IMG/VR virus record: IMGVR_UViG_3300043398_000057
Direction: 5' to 3' (one strand)
Source: a virus
Length of the DNA stretch: 64,000 bases
A program made the position numbers and the translations under genes. The notes under the pieces were generated by a model. That model did no database searches. It saw only the letters and a list, made by a program, of their open reading frames with translations, and was not told where the DNA came from. Below are positions 31,193 through 41,199 of this stretch, piece after piece (within the stretch, counting starts at the first letter, position 1; each line of letters opens with the position of its first letter).

Positions 31193-33664
31193 TTACCCTA
31201 GATCGGTCAAGTTGTCAGAATACTTCTTGTGGTTGTAGAAAGTCTTGACTTGTCTTCTGTTCGTACCACGGGTAAAGCTAATGTGAATCCATGGATTGTT
31301 TGCTGCAACCGAATACTCAAGCAAAAGTTGATCATAGACCGGCAATTGTTCAGACAAAGCCTTAGCAATCTCGAAATAGTCTTTCTTCGACACACCACGG
31401 AACTGAATGTCAAACGCTTGACCGTTGATGTGCTGGCTTGTCTTTGATGATGCCGCAACCGTTCTGAAACCAGATGTTACAAACATCGATGGATATGAAC
31501 GTTTAACATTCTCAAGAACATTGATGCAACCGGCCTGCAAGTTACAAATGATTTCTTCTTTGGTCAAACCATTTTGATCAACGACTTGATACTTCGACAC
31601 AGCAGCCTTGGATGAAACATCAGCCAAAGTAAAGTTTGGCGACAGTCTCAAATCATCAGGGTAAGATGTAAGACCCGCGATAGCAGCACAGTCAGCCTTA
31701 ATCGGTGCTTGGTTAGACGTTTGAACTTCGGCTGTGTCACCGGCTTCCGGCATCTTGGCGGCTTCGTCAGGGTCGATATAACCTTTCTTGATTCCATCAG
31801 AAATCATACCCGAACTGTCACCATCTTCAGGAAGTTCAAACGTCACAACCGATGCGTCAAATCTTCTATTTGGTGTCGGGTCTGATGGGTTGTTTCCACC
31901 GTTACCGGGCGAAGGTTTGGGTTGACCTGAAGATTCTGCAACACCAGAATTCATATGAACTTGGGAACCATCAAGTGCAATGTTTCCGCCAGCCTTGATC
32001 GAAACACTATCAACAGCTTCAAGTTTGATTTCTTGGGCGACAACGTTCAAGTCTTGCGCAATTCTCAAATTTGCATCACCGGCAATCTCACCGGTCAGGT
32101 TTCCGCCAACTGTAAGGTTGCAATCACCACCAATCGTTACATTGCATTGACCCTTGATGTAGATGTAACCATTTTTGTCAATGATTTCATAATCTGAGCC
32201 AACAATGCGAGTGGTTCGTGAACCAGTGTTGTCAATCTCAAAATATGAACCAGACCTATGGTAAACGTGAATACGTTCACCACCACTGGTATCATCAACT
32301 TCAATCACATGACCAGACTCTGACTCGAAAACTTTATTGAATGGATACTGCGCTGAATATGGACTAGGTTGTTCAGACCAAGTTTTACCAACAGTGTTGA
32401 TACCAACAGTTCGGTTAGAGTCTTTTCTGGCAACAACAGTTTTAGAGATGTTTTCGCCACGGGCAAGACGGTTAGTGTCCTGTTCCTTGACATATCTCGG
32501 AAACTTAGAATTGGGGTCTTTGAAACCAATCTTGCCAGAATTGATGATTTCCTTGTTTGCCTTGATGACACTGAAAGTCTTGGGGTCTTCCATGTTCACA
32601 GGTTCGGCAACACTTGTTTGTGCGCCACCCATGAAGTATTCATAAAATGTTCTCTTTCGCTGTGCAATATCGGGAGTATTGAACCCCACAGCAGATTTAG
32701 CAACATCAAAATATGTCGTAGAAGACTGCGAAATCTTACAACGATCAAAGAAATATGCACACGCAACCTTTGCCGATGCAACAGGATCAGTGTTCAAGAT
32801 TTCAGGATTTGAAACAATGTCAATACCGGAAAGTTTCGCATAACGTTCATAGTTTGCCCGACCGGTCAACTGAATGAAACCTCGACCGATGAATTTTGCT
32901 CCATCCCCGGGCATGGTGTTGCCCAAATTCTTCCCCTTTTTGGTTGTATGACCATAGAGAAATTCTGGCAAGTCTCGTTCATTGTTGGCATACTGGTTAG
33001 CCAATTGGTCATTATCACCGAAGACAGATGGGAAAACTTCTTTAAGCCTCTTTGCGGAGTATCGGAATGATTCTCTCTTCGGAATCCATGCACATTCACC
33101 ACCAATGATACCAAGCAATGAAGAAATTGAGCGTCTTGTGTTAAACCCTTGACTTTTAGCAACATCGATAATCAGTTTGATATTCTGACTTGCGATTGCC
33201 GAATTCTGTGTGCCAGCCGGTGCAACAGTGGGAATCTTCGAAATGTCGTCAAGGTCATCAATCGGGCGAACCGGTTCAGTGGTTTGAGATTGAACCGGCG
33301 CGGGGTTCGCAGAATTTGGAAACTCCTGTTCAACCGGTGCAACACTGATTGATTCGTCACCACCAGATGCTAGAAATGCATCCATTTGTTGAGGAATGCC
33401 AACAAACGTGCCCACAACAAATGGCTTTTGCTGTGCTTCATCTGCAAACCAGATGAAAACCATCGAACCTTCAACAATACCTGTAGGTGAAATGCCAACA
33501 CCAGAAACCGAAGCGTTGTTGACCCCTGAGATGATTGTTGCCCAAGGCAATGCATCCGTAGGAACTTCCTCAATTTTTTCGCTGTGCACGCCGAAAACAC
33601 GCACGCGAACACGACCCTACTTCAGAGGATCGTTTCTATCTTCAACAACGCCAACATTGAACAT
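31193..33664 (-). CDS. 5: gp5-like baseplate hub/spike with GH19 lysozyme and C-terminal peptidase M15 domain, one in-frame TAG
   Basis: GVVEDRNDPLK*GRVRVR (TAG 33617-33619), GRGFIQLTGRANY, YPFNKV.ESESGH..E.DDT, SGFR..SQH..GQAFD..WIHIS. Confidence 0.88.
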
Positions 33665-33674
33665 CAAAACCCCT

Positions 33675-34907
33675 TTACTTGCCAAGTGACTCTTTAGAAC
33701 ACTCGACAATCATATCATGTTGATTACCGATGATCTTGTGACGAATAGCGGTCACAAGATACTTGCCGGAATACTTATCGTCAATGATGCGAGACTTGTT
33801 ACCATCATCAATTGATGCATTTTTAGGCATCGTAACATTTATAACGTTACCGACTTTCAAATCTGTTCGACCGAATACTTCAATCACAATTCGGTGTGCC
33901 ATGATCGATTGCAACAGTGTATCGCGTTTCTGAATAGCACTCTTCGCATCAACAAAGAATTCGCCCAAGTATTTGCTTGACTTGGTTACAAACGAAATCT
34001 TGGCGTTGGAACCAGCAACAACATTCTTGTCAAAAAGTGGCGAACTTTCCAGATGTGGATAAGTGTTGAACTCTTTGAAATAGTCATGAGTATTGGTTGT
34101 GATTCTCTTTGTGGTTGTGTCAAACTCATGCAACTTTGTTGAAAACATACCATTTGACAAACGCTTGAGAAAATCAAAGTCTTCAATGAACTGAATGTTT
34201 TTGATCACCGACAAACGTTCAGTAGTGTTCAGCGAAGTTCCCGAAGAGTAATTTTCCGCAGACACATCCGAGTCGATATAACTGTGCTTTGCGGGTTGCT
34301 TCAAAAGAGTTTCGACGCTAGAAAATTCATAAGACTTGTTCGACTCAAAAAACAAGTATGATGGTCTGCCAACAGAATTCTTAGAAAGTGATGCGATGTG
34401 GTTGATCAGCTTGAACGGTTCCCAATATGGTGAAATGAATGTCACTGAGTTGTCTGACGGTTCAATGTAAATTTGCCTTTTCGATGCAAGACCGTATGAC
34501 GCTGTGAAAATGTCCTTGATCACATCAGAAGTTTTACCCTTGAATGAGCGACTGATTTTTCTGTTCGCATCATTGATCATTTCGGGAGAACAAAAGTGCA
34601 AAACATAGTTCTGCTTTCTTGGCTTTGGCTTTGTTCGGTTAGAGATTCTGTAAACGAAAAAATCCCTTGAGATTGTTTCCCCGTTGATACCACGAATCGA
34701 AAAACTCAAAGTCTCGTTACCCATGATGGGCAGAACGGAAATGAGGTTTTTGGTGTCTTCAATCAAAATGGAACCCGTCATACAGTTTGCAAACATGTCT
34801 TCATAGACATTGATTTCAACAAAAGAATCAGTCAGGTCAAACCTACCACCGTTGACAGTGATAAGGTCAAGTTTCTCAATATCAACTTTTCCGGGAAAAT
34901 TGTTCAT
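33675..34907 (-). CDS. baseplate hub protein (gp27-like)
   Basis: YED..TG.I.I.D..N....LPI.GNE..SG.YLVTAIRH; lies between gp53 and gp5. Confidence 0.65.
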   Translation of the reverse strand: MNNFPGKVDIEKLDLITVNGGRFDLTDSFVEINVYEDMFANCMTGSILIEDTKNLISVLPIMGNETLSFSIRGINGETISRDFFVYRISNRTKPKPRKQNYVLHFCSPEMINDANRKISRSFKGKTSDVIKDIFTASYGLASKRQIYIEPSDNSVTFISPYWEPFKLINHIASLSKNSVGRPSYLFFESNKSYEFSSVETLLKQPAKHSYIDSDVSAENYSSGTSLNTTERLSVIKNIQFIEDFDFLKRLSNGMFSTKLHEFDTTTKRITTNTHDYFKEFNTYPHLESSPLFDKNVVAGSNAKISFVTKSSKYLGEFFVDAKSAIQKRDTLLQSIMAHRIVIEVFGRTDLKVGNVINVTMPKNASIDDGNKSRIIDDKYSGKYLVTAIRHKIIGNQHDMIVECSKESLGK

Positions 34908-35386
34908 ACTGCGCTCAAGGCTTTCTCAACTTCAGCAATAAACGATGGAAGAACCGTTTCCGCCAAGATTCGGATTCTTTTCTTTTCGTCATTGACCTTC
35001 GTTTCATATTCAATGTTTGTGATAGGTACAACAAACTCTGAAGTATTGTCCTGAACTTCGCGTCCATCAAGTTCGTAATGATGAACACCGTTAATGTCAT
35101 CATACTTTGATGCGACATATTCAAGCAAAACATCTGAACTCATGGGCCAATCAAAGTATGGATCACGAATGTCATTCACAACCAAAATAACCCAATTCAG
35201 GTTCGGGTCTTTATAAAACTTGAATGCAACATCATGAGGGGTTTCACCGTCAGCGATTTCATAAATCTGATACAGAGACTTCTTCGCCTTGATTTGCTTT
35301 GACAGTTCTACTTGGGCAATAACATCACGGATGACGATTGCCTTACCATCAAACTCATATTGAATGAATGGAAGATACTCAAGCAT
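34904..35386 (-). CDS. 53: baseplate wedge protein gp53
   Basis: GETP..VA..FY.DP...WVIL..N.I.DP..DWP, N.EYE..ND.K..I. Confidence 0.85.
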   Translation of the reverse strand: MLEYLPFIQYEFDGKAIVIRDVIAQVELSKQIKAKKSLYQIYEIADGETPHDVAFKFYKDPNLNWVILVVNDIRDPYFDWPMSSDVLLEYVASKYDDINGVHHYELDGREVQDNTSEFVVPITNIEYETKVNDEKKRIRILAETVLPSFIAEVEKALSAV

Positions 35387-35387
35387 T

Positions 35388-36248
35388 TTAATACCCCGAT
35401 CCTGTTGTGCTACCATCAATCATTGAACGGTCAATAGTTTCAACTTCAGTGAAAGTAAGGTTCATGGTGCAATCATTGAAATTTCCGTCACTGTGCATGT
35501 ACATTGCATTGTTTGGTGAATAGTCAACCGAAACTTCAGTCAGTGCGCAAGGCAAAATCTTTGGAATCGATGTGATTTCATTTTTGCCCGTGAAGAACTG
35601 AATCTGAAAGAATGCAGGGAACAACCAAAATGCGTTACCGGGCGAAATGGAAGGCGCGGCATAGAAACGGAACGTCTTGATGATTTCTTGAACGTCACGA
35701 TGTTCCTTGGCATTCTTGGGGTTGAACGTCCAGTTGAACGTGAATGTTCTGAAGTTGATACCACGGAAGAACTGTTCTTTGAAATCTCGTTCAGTCTGAC
35801 GAATCGCACCCTTGATAAAGCCACTAGCCTTTGCGCTGTTGATCGCTTTGCGCTTGATGTAGTCTTGGGTCACACCTTCAACGCCACCTTCTCTAAAGGC
35901 TTCCAAAGCCTTTGCAATGCCGGTCTGTGATTCCTGAGTCCATTCCATGTTCTGATTGAACTGAATGTTAGGCGGAATGGGCAAAAAGATGGAACGGTCA
36001 ATCTGTTCAACCCCTTGACGGGTTTTGAAACTGAATTCGAATTTTGACTTCGCATCAGGCGCGGTAACATCGGGATCAATAGATTTGTCCTTGACCTATG
36101 AACCATCGCTTGCAACAGTGGTCAATCGCTTGGATTCTCCCAAGAAAGAATTTGACTTTGTATCGAGAATCAAAATTCTCGTGTATGGAACACCTTCAGT
36201 ATTTGACAGGCTGTTCTATTCATTTGGGTAAGCTAGGATTTTGCTCAT
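35388..36248 (-). CDS. 48: baseplate tail-tube cap gp48, two in-frame TAG
   Basis: F.G..FR.F.F.W.F.P.N..E..I..FR, L.F.E; N-terminus MSKILAYPNE*; TAGs at 36216 and 36096. Confidence 0.8.
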
Positions 36249-36256
36249 TCTTGGTT

Positions 36257-36288
36257 GTTCCTAAATAGGTATCACGTTATTTAGGAAC
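36257..36288. promoter_or_regulatory. face-to-face late promoters (CTAAATA on both strands) for the divergent gp48 and 36294 genes
   Basis: GTTCCTAAATA-10 nt-TATTTAGGAAC inverted repeat; resembles the T4 late TATAAATA box. Confidence 0.65.
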
Positions 36289-36293
36289 ATGAT

Positions 36294-36737
36294 ATGACAT
36301 GGATTTTCAACGATAAAGAAATGGCATCACTCGAAGATTTCGAGGAAGGTACCATCGGTTTCATCTACATGATCACAAACATTGAAACCGGTAGGAAATA
36401 TATCGGTAAGAAGATTCTGACAGGTGTTCGGAAGGTTCAGAGAGTTGTGAAACTCAAAACAACCGGCGAAAAGAAAAAGAAAAGTGTTCGCAAGACTGTT
36501 GAAAGTGATTGGTTGACCTATTACGGTTCATCACCAGAACTTGCAGCCGATGTTGAAAAGTTTGGCCGCGAAATCTTCAAAAGAGAAATCATTCACCTTT
36601 GCCGTAGCAAGGCCGAAATGAGCTATCTCGAAACCAGAGAAATCTTTACCCATGATTGTCTTTTGAAACCGGAAGAATACTACAACGGATGGGTAACTTG
36701 TCGCGTCACGCGCGCACACCTTAAGAATCTTCAATGA
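36294..36737 (+). CDS. GIY-YIG family nuclease
   Basis: GFIYMITN..GRKYIGKK, DW..YYGSS, E..E, YYN. Confidence 0.8.
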   Translation: MTWIFNDKEMASLEDFEEGTIGFIYMITNIETGRKYIGKKILTGVRKVQRVVKLKTTGEKKKKSVRKTVESDWLTYYGSSPELAADVEKFGREIFKREIIHLCRSKAEMSYLETREIFTHDCLLKPEEYYNGWVTCRVTRAHLKNLQ

Positions 36738-36761
36738 GAAAGGGGCCAAACGGCCCCTTTC
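36738..36761. terminator. bidirectional intrinsic terminator
   Basis: GAAAGGGGCC-AAAC-GGCCCCTTTC between convergent genes. Confidence 0.8.
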
Positions 36762-36763
36762 TT

Positions 36764-37063
36764 TTACTTGAGCAAAACGTAAAGTGTTGCAGACATTGCA
36801 CTTGCAGAATGCCACCAATAAGCGGTATGGTCTTGCCATCCCTTAGTTTTAATCTCTCGGTAGCCTTGATAGTGCAGGATGTAATACACGATACACGAAA
36901 ACATCAAACCGATTGGATCATAGTTTGCCAGAAGAATCAACATCGTGGCGAAAAACATCACGGGCCATGGATTCTTGAACTGTTGAAAGTATGTGAGAAC
37001 CGCCGCGCCAAGAAATACCAACCATGAGGTGACAAGGGGGAAATAGTAAAGAATTTCAATCAT
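36764..37063 (-). CDS. membrane protein
   Basis: Several hydrophobic segments; follows a class A promoter. Confidence 0.6.
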   Translation of the reverse strand: MIEILYYFPLVTSWLVFLGAAVLTYFQQFKNPWPVMFFATMLILLANYDPIGLMFSCIVYYILHYQGYREIKTKGWQDHTAYWWHSASAMSATLYVLLK

Positions 37064-37144
37064 TGGATACCTTTCATTGTATCGGTAATTTATCGGTGAA
37101 TGAATTATGGCCCCGAAGGGCCATCTTGTCAAGCGACTTCGAAA

Positions 37145-38083
37145 TTATTCTTCGGGGTAGTCGTGATTACGCAACAGTTGGCGAAGTTGAACCCAACGCC
37201 GGAAGTTACCGCTACACGGAATCGAGAACAGACCCTTAGAATCTCGCTTGATGTGGGTCACACCAGCATCAGTGAAATCCTGAATCGGGGTGCCCTGGTG
37301 TTCAGCGGGTGAGCTATGCGAACGTTCTTCAGTGCGCACCGGTTGATCAAGGTGCAGCTTCTGAGCAATGTCATCAGCCTTTTCAACAGAAGTGTCGTGC
37401 TTTCGATAAGAAGTCTGTGCGCAACATGACATGGAAATCTTCTTCGCGGTTTCCAAATCGATAACGTCACCACGTTCATCAAAGAAAACTTGCTTACCTG
37501 CAACGAATTGTTGATTCACATATGGAAGGTGCCATTGACCGGGCTCAAGCAGAACCGGTTCAGAATTGTTCAAAGCGGTTTCCATGAGGTGCGCCAGATA
37601 GTTAAATTCCGGTTGCGCGGCATCATGATTGCGAAGCCAGAAAAAGTTCTTCCAATCGGTTGCGGTCAGAACCATCTTTTGCATCATGATGGGTTCCAAG
37701 AATCGCCCGGCAAGTTGCTTGTGGAACTTCTTCTGATCAAGAATGGTGGCAGCGTCGATACAGTTGCCAACAAGCACACGCCAAATAGCTTTCACTTCTT
37801 CAAGTTCTTCACCTTCAAACTGATCATCGGCACTCATGCCGGGCTTGTTGATACCCCAAAAGTTAGGTTCAAAGTAATTGCCATTTCGAATGTTTTCAAT
37901 TTGCTTGGCAAGCGGAATTGCGCGAGAACTCGAACCATTCTTAGAAACCATCTTGTGCGTGTTCTATTCGGCCAAAATCGGGCGAGGGAACTCGACTTCG
38001 TATGTAACCAGCGGAACGCCAATACGCGAAATCGAATGAGCAATGATGTTTACAGAAGTCTTGTTAGGATGAAAGTTACGCAA
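37145..38083 (-). CDS. thyX: FAD-dependent thymidylate synthase ThyX, one in-frame TAG
   Basis: PRPILAE*NTHKMVSKNGSSSRAIP, HKQ...RFLEP, FFWLR...AQPE, H.SP.EHQ.TP; TTG start with GGAG RBS; TAG 37964-37966. Confidence 0.88.
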
Positions 38084-38325
38084 TGTAATACTCCATAAAT
38101 GTTGATGACGAACTATTGTACCACAGAAATGCAATGGGGCAACTAGTCCCTTAACCAGTTGCCCCAAGGGTCTTACCAATACTTCCTGCGAAGAAAAGCC
38201 TATGACGACGATCACGGGGTTAAAATGGCCTTGTGTGTATCAACCCATCCTACACACAATTTTTTAGCGATGTTGCGCGTTACAACAAGGGAAAACGTTG
38301 CACTAAGCGTTGCTGGCCTTTCTTG

Positions 38326-38402
38326 TGGTCTTCCCGGTAGGATTCGAACCTACGACCCTCTGCTCCCAAAGCAGATGCGCTACCAGACTGCGCTACGGAA
38401 AG
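38326..38402 (-). tRNA. tRNA-Pro(UGG)
   Basis: Cloverleaf, anticodon TGG, encoded CCA. Confidence 0.95.
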
Positions 38403-38420
38403 ACAAAACTTAAAACTTGT

Positions 38421-38505
38421 TGGTACCCCCGGTCGGAATCGAACCGACACGCCTTTCGGCGGCGCTTTTAGAGAACGCTGTGTCTACCAATTTCACCACA
38501 GGGGC
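38421..38505 (-). tRNA. amber-decoding tRNA, anticodon CUA, tRNA-Leu body
   Basis: Anticodon arm GCGTT-CT CTA AA-AGCGC, long variable arm, A73, encoded CCA; about 81% identical to tRNA-Leu(CAA) at 39617-39701. Confidence 0.93.
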
Positions 38506-38532
38506 ACACGAACTCTATTGTACCAGAAATTT

Positions 38533-38606
38533 TGGTGCCCATGCACGGTATCGAACCGCATTCTATGGCTTACAAAACCATTGCATCACCTTAATGCTTC
38601 ACGGGC
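38533..38606 (-). tRNA. tRNA-Thr(UGU)
   Basis: Cloverleaf, anticodon TGT, CCA. Confidence 0.85.
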
Positions 38607-38638
38607 GTCCTAAACTTTTCACATTATACCACATAACT

Positions 38639-38729
38639 TGGCGGGGTGTGTGAGATTCGAACTCACGGAACGCTATTAACGTTCGCCGGTTTTCAAGACC
38701 GGTGCATTAAACCACTCTGCCAACACCCC
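38639..38729 (-). tRNA. tRNA-Ser(UGA)
   Basis: Anticodon TGA, long variable arm, G73, CCA. Confidence 0.93.
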
Positions 38730-38908
38730 ATCAAATTGAATTTGCGGAACTTCCCAAAAACTTCGACGCCTTTCGGCTCCATCTAAGGGAACGTTTTAAC
38801 TCGTGTTCCATCGAGATTAGCTACATTTTTGTTACCGGAGTCTAACCCGATTTCTTCGTACAGACTGCAACCATGTCTGTACTATCTAGGGACCACCTAG
38901 AACGTCAC

Positions 38909-38983
38909 TGGCTCCGAAGGTAGGGATCGAACCTACGACCAATTGATTAACAGTCAACTGCACTACCGCTGTGCTACTTCGGA
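38909..38983 (-). tRNA. tRNA-Asn(GUU)
   Basis: Cloverleaf, anticodon GTT, G73, CCA. Confidence 0.95.
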
Positions 38984-38991
38984 ATTGTTTT

Positions 38992-39504
38992 TCACTTTTT
39001 TAAGAAGTAACCTCTTTTCGGAACCTCAATATCAAAATGTTGACACCACTTTTTCACGGTTACGTCTGACACGTTGTAAATGCTTGCTATTTTTGTCATT
39101 GGCATTTTCCAAACTATATCAGAAAGTTCTTCTTTTGTTATTTGAAACTTTACTCTATCATCACTCGCACATTTTGGTGAACAATACTTTTGTTCACTTT
39201 TGTTAGTTACCTCGAAAGAAACTTTGCACTTTGTACATGCACGATATTCTTTGATTACGTTCTTATCTTCTCTATGGTGTAACGCTGCATGTTCCGAGTT
39301 TGTCATTAACATCAAATTGCTAATATGATTGTTTTTCCTATTTCTATCAATATGATGTACACACTCGTCTGGTAGCAACAGTCTACCAATATGCTAACAC
39401 ATTACATAAACATGTTCCATGACTTTACCTGCACCGTTAGCATAAATGCTTTCCGGATTATAGCAATACATGTAACCTGTTCCAACATCTTCTCTAAAAA
39501 TCAT
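38992..39504 (-). CDS. free-standing HNH homing endonuclease, one in-frame TAG
   Basis: EHVYVMC*HIGRLL..ECVHHID.N.KNN..SNL..EH..LH, CxxC/YCS..C, C-terminal HTH; AT-rich; TAG 39394-39396. Confidence 0.8.
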
Positions 39505-39507
39505 TTT

Positions 39508-39595
39508 TGGACTCCCGTGGAGGTATCGAACCTCTCGACTTCCATCCTGCGGTTTAATGTCGTCGGCTTAGAAGACCGATGCGGGGACACGGGAG
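39508..39595 (-). ncRNA. atypical tRNA-like RNA lacking a D-arm, UCU in anticodon position
   Basis: 8-bp acceptor stem, TCGGT-CTTCTAA-GCCGA arm, long variable arm, 4-bp T stem with TTCGA, CCA. Confidence 0.65.
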
Positions 39596-39616
39596 GTCTA
39601 AAAACTTAAAACTTGT

Positions 39617-39701
39617 TGGTGCCCCGGGTCGGACTCGAACCGACACTCCTTTCGGAACCGGATTTTGAATCCGGTGCGTCTACCAATTTCACCACCGGGG
39701 C
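39617..39701 (-). tRNA. tRNA-Leu(CAA)
   Basis: Anticodon CAA, long variable arm, A73, CCA. Confidence 0.95.
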
Positions 39702-39790
39702 AACGTTTACATGATACATCTGTTTGTTGGCGTCCAACACACTCAGATTATACCATGTTTCGCCGGAATTTCACCGGCTCGTCAGAACGT

Positions 39791-40039
39791 TTATTCCTTA
39801 GACTCCTTAACGACCAGAATCATGTTTTGCAGAACCTTTGCGCCAACTAGAACACCACTACCAAAGTCGAAAACTTCGCCAGAACCCGAAGTTGCAACTT
39901 CGTATGCCTTGATGATCCTGCCGGTAACTTCAGCAGTTGCTGAATCCCAGGTCAAGATACTTTGACCATTGTACGAACTCACCAAGGTGATGTTGAACAG
40001 CTTTTCTTGTGCACTGGTTTCTTGAACTTGTTCGGTCAT
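39791..40039 (-). CDS. hypothetical protein
   Basis: 82-aa ORF with AGGA RBS. Confidence 0.55.
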   Translation of the reverse strand: MTEQVQETSAQEKLFNITLVSSYNGQSILTWDSATAEVTGRIIKAYEVATSGSGEVFDFGSGVLVGAKVLQNMILVVKESKE

Positions 40040-40309
40040 TTTTTTGTCCTTATCTAAAAATGTTGTCAGAATGTAATTATACCACAGTTATTCACTATCC
40101 CATGCCGAAAGCATGTCAAAATCTTCATCATCAAGCGATTCATCAAGAATTTGATCGGGGCGCTTCTTGTGCTTGGTTGCTTCCTTTTCGTCTTGTTGAC
40201 GAATGATGAACGAGGGCTTGGGCGACTTGTCGGCCTTGGTATCGAACTTGTTTTGCATTTCTTTCTCGGTTGATAGTTACTGGTTACGAAATTCAATGTT
40301 TGTAGTGTA

Positions 40310-40753
40310 TCACACTTTTTCGAGTGCTGTATGAAGATTTGCACACAGTGATTCGACATAGTAAGTAGCATGTCCAATCTTCACACCAAAGGCCCAAACA
40401 GTGCACGGTGAGTCAAGTTCGGGGCAACCGTATGCCTTAGGGTCTTTCTTGATGATAGATGCCGGAATCTTGACAGTATTCCATTGTCCTTCACCCTGAG
40501 AATTTGCGGCATCAACCGCTTCCTTCAGGCTTGCGCCGGTCAATGCACGGTATGTCTTCACCCATTCAACCTTGGATTGTACCACAGTTTCAACAAAAAC
40601 GTTGTCCTTGGGTGAAGGGGTTTCTTCACCAACCAAAGTAACCAGTTCTCGATAGAAATCCAAAGTTTCGATGTTCAGTTCTGAAACCTTACGGTTGCTA
40701 TAAATTGCCAAGATTTCTTTGGCGACCGAATCGGGGATGTTGATGTTAGGCAT
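40310..40753 (-). CDS. hypothetical protein with L7/L12 C-terminal-like motif
   Basis: KVEWVKTYRALTGASLKEAVDA. Confidence 0.55.
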   Translation of the reverse strand: MPNINIPDSVAKEILAIYSNRKVSELNIETLDFYRELVTLVGEETPSPKDNVFVETVVQSKVEWVKTYRALTGASLKEAVDAANSQGEGQWNTVKIPASIIKKDPKAYGCPELDSPCTVWAFGVKIGHATYYVESLCANLHTALEKV

Positions 40754-40824
40754 GTTAAAACTCTTTGAAAACTTGTTAAGGTGAAGACAGTGTATCAACA
40801 TCTTTGAACACTGTCAAGAACTTT

Positions 40825-41199
40825 TTAGCAATCCTTCATGGAATTGATGCGGTACTTGTTGATCCACTTTGTGACAACCTTATCACAACGCTTCAGCACA
40901 GCGTCAAGTTCGGTGTAGTTTTCGGCGCGAACCTTGAAATAGACTTCGCCATAAACATTGTAATCATGAACACGCGAAAACTTGTCATTAAGGAATTCGA
41001 CATCAAGCATATCCTTGAGAATTTCCGAATAAGTGACCGGATACTTCCCACTACTGTACATCTTGAACCGTGGATTGTTTTCTTCGGCTTGCAGCAAAAC
41101 AAATTCCAGCCGTTGATCCCACTTGGTGCAAACGTAGAATTCGGCATAAACCGCATCACGCTTGATAGAGTTGAATTCGGTTGTTTGGGCGGAAGTCAT
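40825..41199 (-). CDS. hypothetical protein
   Basis: 124-aa ORF behind a TTGACA-17-CACAAT promoter. Confidence 0.6.
   Translation of the reverse strand: MTSAQTTEFNSIKRDAVYAEFYVCTKWDQRLEFVLLQAEENNPRFKMYSSGKYPVTYSEILKDMLDVEFLNDKFSRVHDYNVYGEVYFKVRAENYTELDAVLKRCDKVVTKWINKYRINSMKDC

Noticed and set aside
38421-38505. Pyrrolysine tRNA, or Ser/Tyr-type amber suppressor
   Set aside because: It has a long variable arm, standard D and T loops and high similarity to the neighbouring tRNA-Leu(CAA). It has A73 rather than the G73 of tRNA-Ser, and there are no pyl genes in the window.
38639-38729. tRNA with TGA anticodon as an opal suppressor
   Set aside because: Anticodon UGA reads UCA (Ser), and TGA is used as a normal stop in many genes here.
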